Assembly: GCA_964016885.1 (NCBI GenBank)
Contig: OZ024741.1
Span: forward strand, 46,066,001-46,130,000
DNA length: 64,000 nt
From: Eledone cirrhosa
Taxonomy: Eukaryota
Direction of reading: 5' to 3'
The first letter of the stretch is position 1. Each line of letters begins with the position of its first letter. The notes under the pieces were generated by a model. The model saw only the letters and a list, made by a program, of their open reading frames with translations, ran no database searches and had not been told where the DNA came from. Made by a program: the position numbers and the translations under genes. Positions 1 through 13,043 of the stretch are shown one piece after another.

Positions 1-1062
1 AGTAAATATCTTTAAGTCGTTTGGAAGCCTCGACAATGCAAATGGGTAAATCTCCGGGTAACAAGATCCGGTGGTGGAGAGATAGATGTAAGTGGATGTA
101 CGTTGAGATGCGTGGTGTGTATGAGATGTGATGAAGAATGAAGGAAAGAGTATAAAGGATAAAATAAAATAAAATAACAACACGAGAAAGAGTTACCTTG
201 GGAGAGATTTAATAGTCCCTATATATTTCGGATTCACATCCATCAACTGGGGGTTTTTCCGGGGTGGGGGAAAGGTTGTCTGTCGGACAAGTGCGAAACG
301 CGTCCTACGCTGTTTGTTGTTTTGAATATCTGAGGTATTCGGCAGAGCGCGCGTGCGCGTGAAATGGGGTCGGTCGGGCAGAGATCAGCGGCCGAATGAG
401 GGAGTGGGGTGGCGCTAGCTGTCAGTCCATTCTCTGCCTGTTTGTTAAATGTTACTGTGTGTGTGTGTGCGTGTGTTGTTGTCTCGCTTGAGTGTGTGTG
501 TGTGCGCGTGTGTTGTTGCCTTGTTCCTCTGTATTGGCAGTGTAGTATGTTCGTATGGTGGAATGCTACTGTGTGTGTGTGGGTGTGTGTGTGTAGTTGT
601 CTCGTTTGTGTGTGTGTGCGTGTGTTGCTGCATCGTTTGTTAGCTTAAACCAGCCATCTCATTTCGCTTCTCTCTGATCGGTTGTTTATTTGCGGTTCCA
701 GGCGTTTTATAAAAAGCGCTTCCTTGATACGTAACGTGCCGACATTTCTTTCAGTCGCTAAAATTGTGACAATGGGCCTTCCGTCTTTGTTTCCGCATTT
801 GTTTATGTGTTTCCAGAAAGACGAGGCCCTGGTTTTAGTGTGTTCCTTGATCCGGATGTGCAAAGGTCGAATTGTGCTACCTATGTAGTATTGGTTGCAC
901 CTGTCACATTCTAGAATGTGACAATGGGCCTTCCGTCTTTGTTTCCGCATTTGTCTATGTGTTTCCGGAAAGACGAGGCCCTGGTTTTATTGTGTTCCTT
1001 GATCCGAATGTGCAAAGGTCGGATTGTGCTACCTATGTAGTATTGGTTGCACCTGTCACATT
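1..1062 (-). mobile_element. 5'-truncated Penelope-like element: GIY-YIG endonuclease C-terminus plus 3' pLTR region
   Basis: ORF 645..950(-) reads CDRCNQYYIGSTIRPLHIRIKEH...LRIKEALFIKRLEPQIN, the YIG...R..EH...E...I....P.IN tail of PLE GIY-YIG domains. A ~152-bp segment is duplicated (about 764-912 and 916-1063). Confidence 0.8.
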
Positions 1063-2190
1063 CTACCACCACCTCAACCTCTACCACCACCTCAACCTCT
1101 ACCACCACCTCAACCTCTACCACCACCTCAACCTCTACCACCACCTCAACCTCTACCACCACCTCTACCTCTACCACCACCTCTACCTCTACCACCACCT
1201 CAACCTCTACCACCACCTCAACCTCTACCACCACCTCAACCTCTACCACCACCTCAACCTCTACCACCACCTCAACCTCTACCACCACCTCTACCTCTAC
1301 CACCACCTCTACCTCTACCACCACCTCAACCTCTACCACCACCTCAACCTCTACCACCACCTCAACCTCTACCACCACCTCAACCTCTACCACCACCTCT
1401 ACCTCTACCACCACCTCAACCTCTACCACCACCTCAACCTCTACCACCACCTCAACCTCTACCACCACCTCTACCTCTACAACCACCTCAACCTTTACCA
1501 CCACCTCAACCTCTACCACCACCTTCACCTCTACCACCACCTCAACCTCTACCACCACCTCAACCTCTACCACCACCTCAACCTCTACCACCACCTCAAC
1601 CTCTACCACCACCTCAACCTCTACCACCACCTCTACCTCTACCACCACCTTCACCTCTACCACCACCTCTACCTCTACCACCACCTCAACCTCTACCACC
1701 ACCTTCACCTCTACCACCACCTCTACCTCTACCACCACCTTCACCTCTACCACCACCTCTACCTCTACCACCACCTTCACCTCTACCACCACCTCTACCG
1801 CTACCACCACCTTCACCTCTACCACCACCTCTACCTCTACCACCACCTCAACCTCTACCACCACCTCAACCTCTACCACCACCTCAACCTCTACCACCAC
1901 CTCTACCTCTACCACCACCTCAACCTCTACCACCACCTCAACCTCTACCACCACCTCAACCTCTACCACCACCTCTACCTCTACCACCACCTTCACCTCT
2001 ACCACCACCTCTACCTCTACCACCACCTTTACCTCTACCACCACCTTCACCTCTACCACCACCTTCACCTCTACCACCACCTTCACCTCTACCACCACCT
2101 TTACCTCTACCACCACCTTCACCTCTACCACCACCTTCACCTCTACCACCACCTCAACCTCTACCACCACCTCTACCTCTACCACCACCT
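1063..2190. repeat. 18-bp minisatellite (CTACCACCACCTCAACCT)n, about 62 copies
   Basis: Direct 18-bp periodicity with CAA/CTA/TCA variants; this produces the spurious poly-PPPQPL, STTT and YHHL ORFs. Confidence 0.95.
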
Positions 2191-2779
2191 TCACCATCAC
2201 CACTACCACCTTCACCTTAACCAACACCACCACCTCCACCTTCACCTTCACCACCTTTACCACCACCTTCACCATCTCCACCACCACCTTCACCTTCATC
2301 ACCACTACCACCTTCACCTTAACCAACACCACCACCTTCACCTTCACCACCTCTACCACCACCAGCTTCACATTCACCCCCACCACCTTCACCACCGCCT
2401 CCACCATCTTCACCCCCACCACCACCATCTTCACCACCTTCACCGTCACCATGACTACTATCACCACCACCACCTTCACCACCACCTTCACCACCTTCGC
2501 CACCACCACCACCACCTTCATCACCTGCACCACCATCTCTACCACCACCACCTTCACCGTCACCATGACTACTATCACCATCAGCAATTTCAGCGCCATT
2601 AACATCTCCACCGCCTTCACCTCTCCGTCACCCTCATTTTATCATATCACCATCGCCATCATTACTACCATCTTGATTACAATGATCATCATCATCACCA
2701 TCGTAATAACCATCGTCGTAATTATCATCCTCATCATCGTAGAAGTCGTCATCATCATCATCATCACCCTCATCATCAC

Positions 2780-2814
<35 letters not shown>

Positions 2815-3430
2815 CCCCTACCATCATCATCATCATCACCCCAATCATCACCCCATCATCACCACCACCACCATCGCCATCACCACCACCACCACCATCA
2901 CCACCACCATCATCACCACCACCACCACCAACACCATCATCATCACCACCCCCACCCCCATCACCGCCTCCACCCCAATCATCATCACCACCCCCACCAC
3001 CCTCACCACCTCCACCCCCATCATCATCATCACCAGCAATTTTATCAGCGCCACCATCCCCATGACCCCCGACCACTTTCATTCCACCACTGTCGTAACC
3101 AACACAATCATCACCAACACCACCATCATCACCACCACCACTATCATCAACACCACCATTATCACCGTCACCACCATCTCCACCGCTACCATTATCATCA
3201 ACACTACCACTATTATCTTCGTCACCATCATCACCACCACCATCATCACCGCCACCATCATCACCATCGCCATCATCACCAACACCATCATCACCAACAC
3301 CATCATCTCCAACACCACCACCATCACAACCACCATCACCACCACTATCATCACCGCCACCATCATCACCACCGCCATCATCACCAACACCATCATCACC
3401 AACACCATCATCATTACCGTTATCTCCATC
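2190..3430. repeat. Degenerate (CAC)n/(CAT)n trinucleotide low-complexity tract
   Basis: Runs of ACC/ATC triplets read directly. Confidence 0.9.
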
Positions 3431-3639
3431 CACCTCACCGCTATTAACATTCTCTCCCTATCGCCATAACATATTGATGGAGTGCAACGGAAAATATTAA
3501 TTTTCTTCCTCTCAAGCCGAAAATCCTTAATAAAGGCCATTTTCTGACCCGAATACAATATTGACATTCTAGTTGATGTGGTCTGTAGATTGGCAGATCA
3601 TTAGAGCAAACAACAAAATACCTCACCGCATTTTATTAT

Positions 3640-3790
3640 CGTGGAGGCGCGTGGCCTAGTTAGTTTAACCCTGTGATAGACTGGCGTCCTGTCCAGGGGA
3701 AGTCTTGTACTCTCAGTCGCTTCACGCCATGAAACCGAGATAAGCAACGGCCTAAGAGCCTTAAATGGCTTAAGACTGACTTTAGATTTT
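3640..3790 (+). mobile_element. tRNA-derived SINE fragment (internally deleted)
   Basis: A-box-like GGCGCGTGGCCTAGT head followed by CCCTGTGATAGACTGGCGTCCTGTCCAGGGG, resembling a conserved SINE central domain. Confidence 0.5.
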
Positions 3791-3854
3791 AGACTAGCAT
3801 TTTATTATCGTTCTGTCCCTGACAGTCAATCATCTACTTCATATTCTTCTTCTT

Positions 3855-4436
3855 TGCCCAATTATTCCTGAGAGTCGTGGGGGCAGATTCCTCAAACACA
3901 CCTTCCAGTGCGTCCTGTCAGAAGTAACCAACTGATCTTGCGAGATCCACAAGCGGGACAAGTCAAGCTCATGGATGTTATCCAACCATCATGTGCGGGG
4001 TTTGCCCATGGGTCTCCTGCCGGTAGGTTTTGCCCGTAAAATATGTCCAGCAATTCTTTCCTGGGACATTCTAATCACATGCTCATAGTATCGGAGCTGT
4101 GATCTCTCAATTCGGAGAAATAGTTGTTCTACCTGGAGAGACTCTCTGCTGTCCGAGCTACGCACTCTATCGAGTAACGTTAACCCAAAGCCCATTCGGA
4201 GGAACCCCATTTCGGCTGCTTGTATTCGCTATTGTATTCTTACGGTCATTACCAAAGCTTCATGACCATACGTAAAGGTTGGTACGAATACCTAATTGAA
4301 GATTGCACTTACCTCCCTTCTTTGGTTACCAAATGCAGAAGCTGGCGCATTACTGAACCAGCTCCTCCAATTCTTGCACTTAATTTAGCTTCCTGTCTCC
4401 CATCACTCGTGAACATAGCCCCGAGATACTTGAACA
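3855..4436 (-). mobile_element. RTE-clade LINE 3' fragment (RT thumb / C-terminal region), degenerate
   Basis: FKYLGAMFTSDGRQEAKLSARIG and LRIERSQLRYYEHVIRM...PTGRRPMGKPRT are typical RTE C-terminal motifs. Confidence 0.75.
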
Positions 4437-4600
4437 TATTGGCATCTGCTGGGCAGCTAATTTCCACTACTGTGCATGCTTTCTTCTCCCTGTCCCATAT
4501 CATAATATTTGGTCTGTTATGCCTGCATTTTATTGGGGTTTTTACTGGAACATTCCACCAGAACTCCATTCACGTGTAGAGTGCACTGCACATACAATGG
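4437..4600 (-). mobile_element. R4/Dong-like LINE fragment: restriction-like endonuclease domain
   Basis: WWNVPVKT...HNRPNIMIWDREKKACTVVEISCP matches the (H/N)RPD...D....K.C.I.(D/E)...P RLE motif. Confidence 0.65.
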
Positions 4601-4639
4601 TTTGAATCACAAATATTCAGTCAGCTTTCTGCCTTTTCT

Positions 4640-4880
4640 AACGCTACTATAATAGCATCTGCTCCTTGATGATGGTTTACCACGTACTACTTCCATTCTG
4701 GCACTCCCACTTCACCCGTCTCAGCACCTCTCATCATCCACATTGTATCACCCCCCACACACAATAATCACCACGCCCAGTTCTTCTTCCCCTAGACGTC
4801 AGCCCTCTGGAATTTGTTCCTTACATATGTGTTTCCTACAGGAGTTTATCTACAACAATTTAAACTAAACAACATCTGTC
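4640..4880 (+). mobile_element. Degenerate CR1/L2-group LINE 3' end
   Basis: Conceptual translation across frameshifts resembles FFPR...LWN.LP..VFP......FK. Confidence 0.35.
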
Positions 4881-5449
4881 ATAGGTAATGCCTTAGTAAT
4901 TTCTGGTCGACTTTGTGTATGTTATCCCATTACATATCAAGTCCCGGTTTCAATTTAATGGATATCACCATTGCCTACTATAATATGTGGCCTTATCTCA
5001 ATGTGATAAATCGCTATTTCAAGGGTTCATCAAGGCACCGTCGCGCTCCAACTATGTTACTGGTTGATTAGCGGAGTATGGTTTAGAATATTTCCAGACA
5101 TCACTGCGAGTCGAGATTTCACCGTCACTGTCTTCTACTCTCCCGACAACTTCAGGTTAATTGTTGACAACTGCACCGATGTCCAATCACGCATTGAACA
5201 TTTCAGTGTTTACCTGCAGCTATGACAAAGATAGTATCCGCTGGCGTCTCGCTCCCAGATAGAGTCCCCTCCAGCTTCAATGAAGAGATACTGGAACAGG
5301 TAGTTCAATTATTGGGGTTTACCTTTATGGTTAATGATGACATCCTCACAAACCACACACATATATAAATACCCCTCTCTCTCGCTCGCTCTCGCGCTCT
5401 CTCTCTCTATCTATCTATCTATCCATCTATCTAGCTATCTATATATCTG

Positions 5450-5718
5450 TCTATCCTCAACCTGTAGGTTGAGGAAGATAAACAGAGGGAAGACAGGAAC
5501 ACCTACAAAACGTGTTCCTGGTGTTGCGGGTTGTTCTATCCACGGGGTGTAAAACAACCCTGCAGTAACGTTCCCCCCTATTGAGGATTTCAATTGTTAT
5601 TTTATTATATATAGTTTATTGTTATTTATTAATGTTAAAGTTATTTTTATGTAAAACACCCGCCTTGTAATGTCCCATTTTTGTACGCCCCTGTGGCAAA
5701 TAAAGAAAGATATCTATC
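5450..5718 (+). mobile_element. Tx1-family LINE 3' stub (last codons of ORF2 plus 3' UTR) in a (TATC)n repeat
   Basis: Same layout as the 3' ends of the 23-31 kb elements: ...CCTGTAG-TTGAGGAA, GGGTTG...CAACCC hairpin, CTATTGAGG, GCCCCTGTGGC-AATAAAGAAA-TATC. Flanked by TCTA repeats. Confidence 0.7.
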
Positions 5719-5848
5719 GTATACATGCGTGTTTATGCGTGTGTGTATGTATGTATGTGTGTATAAATGTATGTATGTATATATGTATGTATGTATGTAT
5801 GCATGTATGTAGATATATATTTATATATATATATATATGTGTGTGTGT

Positions 5849-5850
<2 letters not shown>

Positions 5851-5933
<83 letters not shown>
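5851..5933. repeat. (AGT)n microsatellite
   Basis: Perfect triplet run. Confidence 0.95.
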
Positions 5934-6159
5934 CTACAGGCTTACAATCTTCTACAAAAGGCTTTTATTGGGATATTTATAAATATATTTATGAATAAAC
6001 GTTTATGAAAAACAACAAAAATTTATTTCGGTTTAAAACGCTTACGTAAGAACTTTATTGGTTTTAAATCATATATATATAGTTTATACGAAGAAACGAA
6101 GAATCTAAATAATAGCATATATATTAGAATATGTACACATACATATATTATCTAAAGTA

Positions 6160-6420
6160 TGAAGCCTGTCTCAAGCCCTGAGACTCATTATTTCGGTGTT
6201 TCTCCGGATTCCCTTGGCGTTACGCGACTGAGAGTACCAAACTTCCCCCCTGGACAAGACACATGCCCATAGCAGGGTTAAACCTCCAGCTACTTGTGGT
6301 ACTCATTTTCAACCTGGAGCAACCTTAAATGAAATATTTTGCTGAAGAACACAACAGGCAACATGACCCACGACATTATGACTATACGTCCAACACCCTA
6401 AATACTCGAACATGCGCTTT
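6160..6420 (-). mobile_element. Degenerate SINE
   Basis: Reverse complement shares blocks with the 3640-3790 SINE (CCAGGGGGAAG, GTACTCTCAGTCGC..ACGCCA). Confidence 0.45.
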
Positions 6421-6728
6421 CAATATTATGAATATACCAAAATATGTGTACGAACTTATGATGACATAGACATATATTTATAAGTAAATGAATACATTAA
6501 TAAGTAAATAAATAAACAAATATAATACACACGTGAACATTGTCTTCGGGAAGTGGTAGGAAAAAAGCAGGTTATGAGATTTAGTCATTTATTTAAATAC
6601 GTCGCCGTAAACCAATATCTCGAACGTGATATGAATGATGTCCAAATGCCTTTCTTTCAAATATAGTTTTTGCGTATTTTTTCACACAAGAATTGGCTAC
6701 ATACCTGAAAACATCCACGTACAGACAT

Positions 6729-6785
<57 letters not shown>

Positions 6786-6909
6786 CATAGTATATATGTA
6801 TATATACATAGTATATATGTATATATATGTATATATATATATATATACATAGTATATATGTATACATATATATGTTTATATGCATATATTCATATTTATA
6901 TATATATAT

Positions 6910-6983
<74 letters not shown>

Positions 6984-7261
6984 GTTTGGAGTTAGTAGGT
7001 CAGAACAATGCAGGTGTGGATATAGAATATATATGTATTTATATATATATATGAATATATGCATATAAACATATATCCGTTTTAGTGTGTGTGTGTATGT
7101 ATGTGTGTGTGTGTGTGTGGCGATGTAGCAGCCAAATATAAATATAGATATAGTAGAAGAGAGCTCAGTATGTTATTAGACATATTGAATTTTCCAATAT
7201 TTGTTTCACAGAGATGCAAATATTGAATTTACATTTTGTAATAGAATTGTAGTGAGAATAA

Positions 7262-7342
<81 letters not shown>

Positions 7343-7536
7343 AGTATGTATGTATATATATATATATATATATACATGCTACTGTACGTCTGTATACATA
7401 TATGTATGTACGTATACATACATACTTACATTTAAGTAAGTGCCATACTAAGAGTGAGAAATGAAATTTCGTTTTTCGTTTTCATTTTTTTCAACTTATC
7501 GTTTTCGGTATGCCTGACCGATTTAACTCACTCAAT

Positions 7537-7544
7537 ATGCAAAT
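7537..7544 (+). promoter_or_regulatory. Octamer motif ATGCAAAT in retrozyme unit (also 8008-8015; 13110-13117 and 13531-13538 on minus; 22516-22523; 48831-48838)
   Basis: Exact octamer at a homologous position about 75-90 nt upstream of the HHR in all family A and B copies. Confidence 0.45.
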
Positions 7545-7617
7545 TAGGCTGCTCAGCCGTTAATTTTCATAAGGAAAGTATATACTTTCGAACGTTCAAC
7601 TATCTGGCAGATGGGTA

Positions 7618-7662
7618 AACGGTGCTGATGATAGCTAACAAGCTTGAAACTAGTACATCGTT
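7618..7662 (+). ncRNA. Type I hammerhead ribozyme (family A)
   Basis: AACGGTG-CTGATGA-TAGCT AACA AGCTT-GAAA-CTAG-TA^CATCGTT. Stem I AACGGUG/CAUCGUU, palindromic ACUAGU stem III, predicted cleavage after 7655. Confidence 0.85.
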
Positions 7663-8088
7663 CCTGTGTCAGTGTTGAACAAAAAGGTGACGTGGTTGCC
7701 TTAACACCGTATGGCATAAATTCAGGCTGTTCAGTTTGTTGACAAACGAACAAAGCAGCGCTATAATAAGCGTCTGCTAAACTGATGCGTGCATATATGT
7801 ATGTGTACCTGCATGTATGTATATATATATATATATATATATATACATGCTACTGTACGTCTGTATACATATATGTATGTACGTATACATACATACTTAC
7901 ATTTAAGTAAGTGCCATACTAAGAGTGAGAAATGAAATTTCGTTTTTCGTTTTCATTTTTTTCAACTTATCGTTTTCGGTATGCCTGACCGATTTAACTC
8001 ACTCAATATGCAAATTAGGCTGCTCAGCCGTTAATTTTCATAAGGAAAGTATATACTTTCGAACGTTCAACTATCTGGCAGATGGGTA

Positions 8089-8133
8089 AACGGTGCTGAT
8101 GATAGCTAACAAGCTTGAAACTAGTACATCGTT
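8089..8133 (+). ncRNA. Type I hammerhead ribozyme (family A, second unit)
   Basis: Identical to 7618-7662. Confidence 0.85.
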
Positions 8134-8506
8134 CCTGTGTCAGTGTTGAACAAAAAGGTGACGTGGTTGCCTTAACACCGTATGGCATAAATTCAGGCTG
8201 TTCAGTTTGTTGACAAACGAACAAAGCAGCGCTATAATAAGCGTCTGCTAAACTGATGCGTGCATATATGTATGTGTACCTGCATGTATGTATATATATA
8301 TATATATATATACATGCTACTGTACGTCTGTATACATATATGTATGTACGTATACATACATACTTACATTTAAGTAAGTGCCATACTAAGAGTGAGAAAT
8401 GAAATTTCGTTTTTCGTTTTCATTTTTTTCAACCTATATATATATATATATATATATATAAGGAAAAGCGAAGTAGTTTCAGATGTTCAAGTCCTTTAAT
8501 GATAAT

Positions 8507-8580
8507 GCTGTGATATATATTTCAATGACGACACTGGCCACACTGTTCTGTGTGCGAGTGTCGTGTCATCATCAGACAGC
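8507..8580 (-). ncRNA. Type I hammerhead-like motif with extended stem II (family D, inverted arm)
   Basis: Reverse complement: GCTGT-CTGATGA-TGAC..GACACT...AGTGTCGTCA-TT-GAAA-TATATA-TC^ACAGC. Confidence 0.7.
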
Positions 8581-9565
8581 TTGTTACTGGACGGGCGTAA
8601 TAGTAACTTTCGGCAGGATAAATACGCGGAAACAAAAAATAAGATAAACCCCTATTTTCCTGCACAAAATCGCATTTGAACAGAAGCCTCCTCAATTCAA
8701 TCTATACATGGACAGATGTACAATCATATGGATCATTTTGCATATATGTACTCTGTGTTTTTGCATTTATTCACTATTGGTTCTGTTCTTTTCTTTTCTT
8801 TTGTGTACTTTATGTCTGTTTTTTTTTTATTTTGTTCCATGTGATGGAAATTATGACCGTGTAACAGATTGACTAATGCCTTGAACCCTGTAGTCTGCCC
8901 TCCGTTATAATGTACGGCACTGTCGTTCAATATGTGGATAGAGTAACTGTGACACTAGAATCCCTCTCAGAACTTATTACTTAAACATCTCTCTCCATAT
9001 TATTTACTCACTCCAATCTATATTTTTACTCAATCCGAATTATCACTTGAAAAATTTTTGAATTTAGAATTTTTTAATTTTTAGTTGTTTAATTTATAAT
9101 CTCTAATATTTGATTTAGGATTTTAATTTTTAATTTTTATTTCCAAATCTTAACTTACAATGTAAAACCATGGTACCTAGAATTAAGTTAATTTTCCCTT
9201 ATGAGTTGATGGTCAGTCTTGCTGTCAACGCTTAGTGAAAGGTAGTATTATGACCTATAAAAACTAACACCCTCCCATCCCCTCTGGCTTTCGGCTGACT
9301 GCCACAGTAGTGATAGGTAGCAGTAAACTTTGGTAGGGCATAGGTGGGCCATTGTTTTAGCTGAGAGGGTGAACTGGCAGCGAATTTCGTTAAAATCTGC
9401 GGTGGCTAATGGTCAACTTCCTTCGGACATGCGCTTGCGCAGACCGGTGGGGGTGAATTGGTACTCACAAGGGAACGGATGAAAAACCCAAAAGCACGAA
9501 CTTCATCCGTTCCCATGTCGATTCAATTTGGATTGCCTCGGAAACATAAGCTTATTATGTAACAA

Positions 9566-9639
9566 GCTGTCTGATGATGACACGACAGTCGCACACAGAA
9601 CAGTGTGGCCAGTGTCGTCATTGAAATATATATCACAGC
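9566..9639 (+). ncRNA. Type I hammerhead-like motif with extended stem II (family D)
   Basis: GCTGT-CTGATGA-[stem II]-GAAA-TATATA-TC^ACAGC; stem I GCUGU/ACAGC. Confidence 0.7.
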
Positions 9640-9787
9640 ATTATTATTAAAGGACTTGAACATCTGAAACTACTTCGCTTTTCCTTATTCGATATTTACT
9701 CCGTCACTCCTATGTGGAAAAAGTACGTTGAGTGCTTGAATTGAATTGCATCAATGTTAACCCTAATATATATATATATATATATAT

Positions 9788-10215
9788 ACACTCCCAGAGG
9801 TACCCGGCGTTGCTCAGGTATTAAATAGCAGTTATGTATACCATTTATGTCAATACTTCAGTGCTGCTTCAAAAACTATACTTTTACAAAATCATCGGAT
9901 TTTTCCCAAAGGGCGTTTTTGCACCCAGGGGACCCCTACTCAATATGTGCCAATTCACATTCATCTGTAGAACAAACGTAGCCCATGTGTCAAGTTTTGT
10001 GAAAATCGGTTGCGAACTCCAGAAGTTATGACGTTTTGTTGCATTGCACTGCAGTGCTTCAGTCAACTCCAAGGAAGTGGTTAAAGGGGGTTATGTGCCG
10101 AGAGGCCCTATAATCAATATCTGGAAAAATGAAGGTGACCATGACCATCCGGAGTACATAAGTAATCTATGTCTTTAGTTTGGTGAAAATACTGTAGAAA
10201 TGCATAAGGTTTACA
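9788..10215 (+). mobile_element. Non-autonomous Helitron/Helentron-like repeat
   Basis: 5' TACCCGGCGTTGCTCAGG and internal AAGTTT..TGAAAATCGGTT motifs typical of such elements; next to microsatellites. Confidence 0.4.
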
Positions 10216-10240
10216 CACACACGTGCGTGCGTGTGTGTGT

Positions 10241-10289
<49 letters not shown>

Positions 10290-10768
10290 TCTGTGTGTGC
10301 GTGTGTGTGTATTTGTGTGTGCGGATGTATATGTATGTGTATGTCCGGCGGCACGTACGTCCGGCGGCACACTAAATCTTCACTATTTACTTTTACTATT
10401 TTAATAACCTCTGTCATTTTCGTTTTCAATTTTATTTACATCATTCTTAAACTCTGGGGCTGGAAATTATTCGGTTATTTTAAATAGAATATTAGTCTAA
10501 CGACTCCATTTACACCATAAACTTGGTCTTGTCTTTGCATGAAATCGTTCTTCTCAGTCCACATAACGACGTATTATCCTCGCTTTTTTTTCGTTCATTA
10601 CCAGGGAACGTCTTCACGAACCAAAATATCGTCTTCCTGTTTTCATTCGGCTGCAACGTTACTCGAAATATTTACTTCTGCGTTCAGAGATTAAATTGTT
10701 TTACTTTCAGAAGATCCCGTTAATGATGAAAGCAGCAAATATTTACTTAAACATTAATCTGTTCTTAT

Positions 10769-10800
<32 letters not shown>

Positions 10801-10818
10801 GGGAGGAGAGAGAGAGAG

Positions 10819-10896
<78 letters not shown>

Positions 10897-11586
10897 TTTG
10901 TACGGCTTTTGGAGGAAGGAGTGACCAGCAGTACGTTGTTCGGTATTATTACGAAAAGGTGTAGCAAAGAATCCCGCGTGAACTAACAGCTCGGGAGGAA
11001 ACTGCTTATCTCGAACATTCATTCGCCATCGCTCTTGTCAACGCTCCGTTTTTTGTTTTTTTTGGATTTGTTGGTCTACAGTTAGATGAATGGCGCACAA
11101 AGGGTTTATTGGCAAGAAGTTTTTTGAATAATAAAAGACGGGTTAAAGCAACCTACAATGTATCTGTATATATATATATATATATCTGTATATATATATA
11201 TCTGTATATATATATATATGTATCTGTATATATATATATCTGTATATATATATATCCTCTGCTGAGGAACGAAATCCAACCGTGACCATCTCCACTGAAA
11301 GTTTTCGTGAAATAGTCTTTTCAAGACTATACAGAGCATTTGAAGTTGTCCCAAATTGAAGGTTGAGTACTTTAGACTTTGTTTTATCATGAGTTAAGGC
11401 TCTATTGATTTTGCCCTGGATTTCTCTAAATTCTGTTGGATAAATCTATATCCTGATTCCTTTTGAATTGAGTCTGAATTATTTTTCCCATATCTTATGT
11501 TAACTATTTTCGCATTTTGACGCTATAGTCACATATATGTTATGGAATACTGTTAGCTTCTCGTTACAACAATTTCTATACTTTTC

Positions 11587-11749
<163 letters not shown>

Positions 11750-12374
11750 CATTTTAGTACAGCAGTAACGAAGCTTTAGAACACGGCCAAGCTAACGAAT
11801 GCAGAATCGGTCTGTAGCTTTAGCACTCGGATGGGGAAAAGAACCCCAGAGTAATAACAATAAGTTCAGACAGCTTAGCAAATCAGATAGAGCGGCCGGC
11901 AGTCCAGCCGCATCACTAGAGCAACGAAAATACAGGACCCAGGAAAAGATTTTAGACTGACCTGGACAAAGCGGTGAGGCTGAATGTAAAATATATAATG
12001 TACATCTTATATCACACAATATAAATCACATACAGCACCCAACATCAGCGCTAAGTTGCTGCAAATCCAAGATCGACAAATTCTGCTTGCAGGAGTCTGC
12101 AATATAATGGCTTTTGACGACAGAACATAGGATTTCCTTCTTCAGCAAGTCTTTCGTTCTCTATATATATATGTGTATGAATGTATGTATATATATATAT
12201 ATGTGTGTGTATACATATATTTTTATGTGTATATTTATATATGTGTATATGTGTATATCTATATATATGTATATGTTTGTATATGTATATATATATATAT
12301 ATGTATATGTGTATATATGTGTGTATATATGTATATATGTGTATATATATATGTATATATAAGTATATATGTAG

Positions 12375-12448
<74 letters not shown>

Positions 12449-13000
12449 CGAAGATAATGCGTCAGCAATGACGTGTTCGCAGAATGTAGTTATGCAGACA
12501 GCTAGACATACAGACAGATATTATAAGGGCTCGACGGCGATCGATAACCGGCACCTAACACCCCTTTAACAACAGAAAATTGAAAAATAATAGTGGCAGT
12601 TAGTATCTTTAGACCGCCAGGAATATATAAATGCAAGATTGAATTGAATCTGAGTAGAAATGTGGATTCGTACAGACTTTACAAAAATGTGGGGACACAC
12701 ATAGACAACATCAGTTTTATATATATAGATATATAAACGGAAAAAATGAAACGAAATTTCATTTCCCACTCTTAGTACGGCTGTTACTTGAATATAAGTA
12801 TGTACACGTACATACATATATGTATACAGACGTACAATAATATGTATATATATATACATACATGCACACATATATATATAGCACGTATGGATTCACCGAA
12901 CATTTATTATAATGCTCGGTGTGTTTGTAAACAAACATCCCGTATTAAGCCGTAGTGTCTAGCAACCATCGTTGCTCGTTTGTTCAACACTGACAAAGGA

Positions 13001-13043
13001 ACGCTGTACTAGTTTCAAGCTTATTAGCTATCGTCAGCAACGT
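13001..13043 (-). ncRNA. Type I hammerhead ribozyme (family A2)
   Basis: Reverse complement: ACGTTG-CTGACGA-TAGCT AATA AGCTT-GAAA-CTAG-TA^CAGCGT. Confidence 0.85.

Larger units (their letters stand above)
7345..8434 (+). mobile_element. Retrozyme-like family A array: about 2.3 tandem 471-bp units, one hammerhead ribozyme per unit, in (TA)n
   Basis: Near-identical 471-bp repeat (identical ORFs at 7553 and 8024); HHR core in each full unit; flanked by (TA)n. Confidence 0.85.
8460..9765 (+). mobile_element. Non-coding PLE-like element (family D) with ~128-bp inverted HHR-containing repeats, flanked by (TA)n
   Basis: 8460-8587 is the reverse complement of about 9559-9687; no long ORF inside. 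Confidence 0.7.

Noticed and set aside
216-254. Hammerhead-like motif in the first PLE pLTR (minus strand)
   Set aside because: Has stem II, GAAA and TATATA, but the core reads CAGTTGAT instead of CTGANGA; at most a degenerate remnant.
872-3567. Long ORFs resembling mucin, extensin or His-rich proteins
   Set aside because: Open in several frames on both strands because of stop-free 18-bp and triplet repeats; no unique coding domain.
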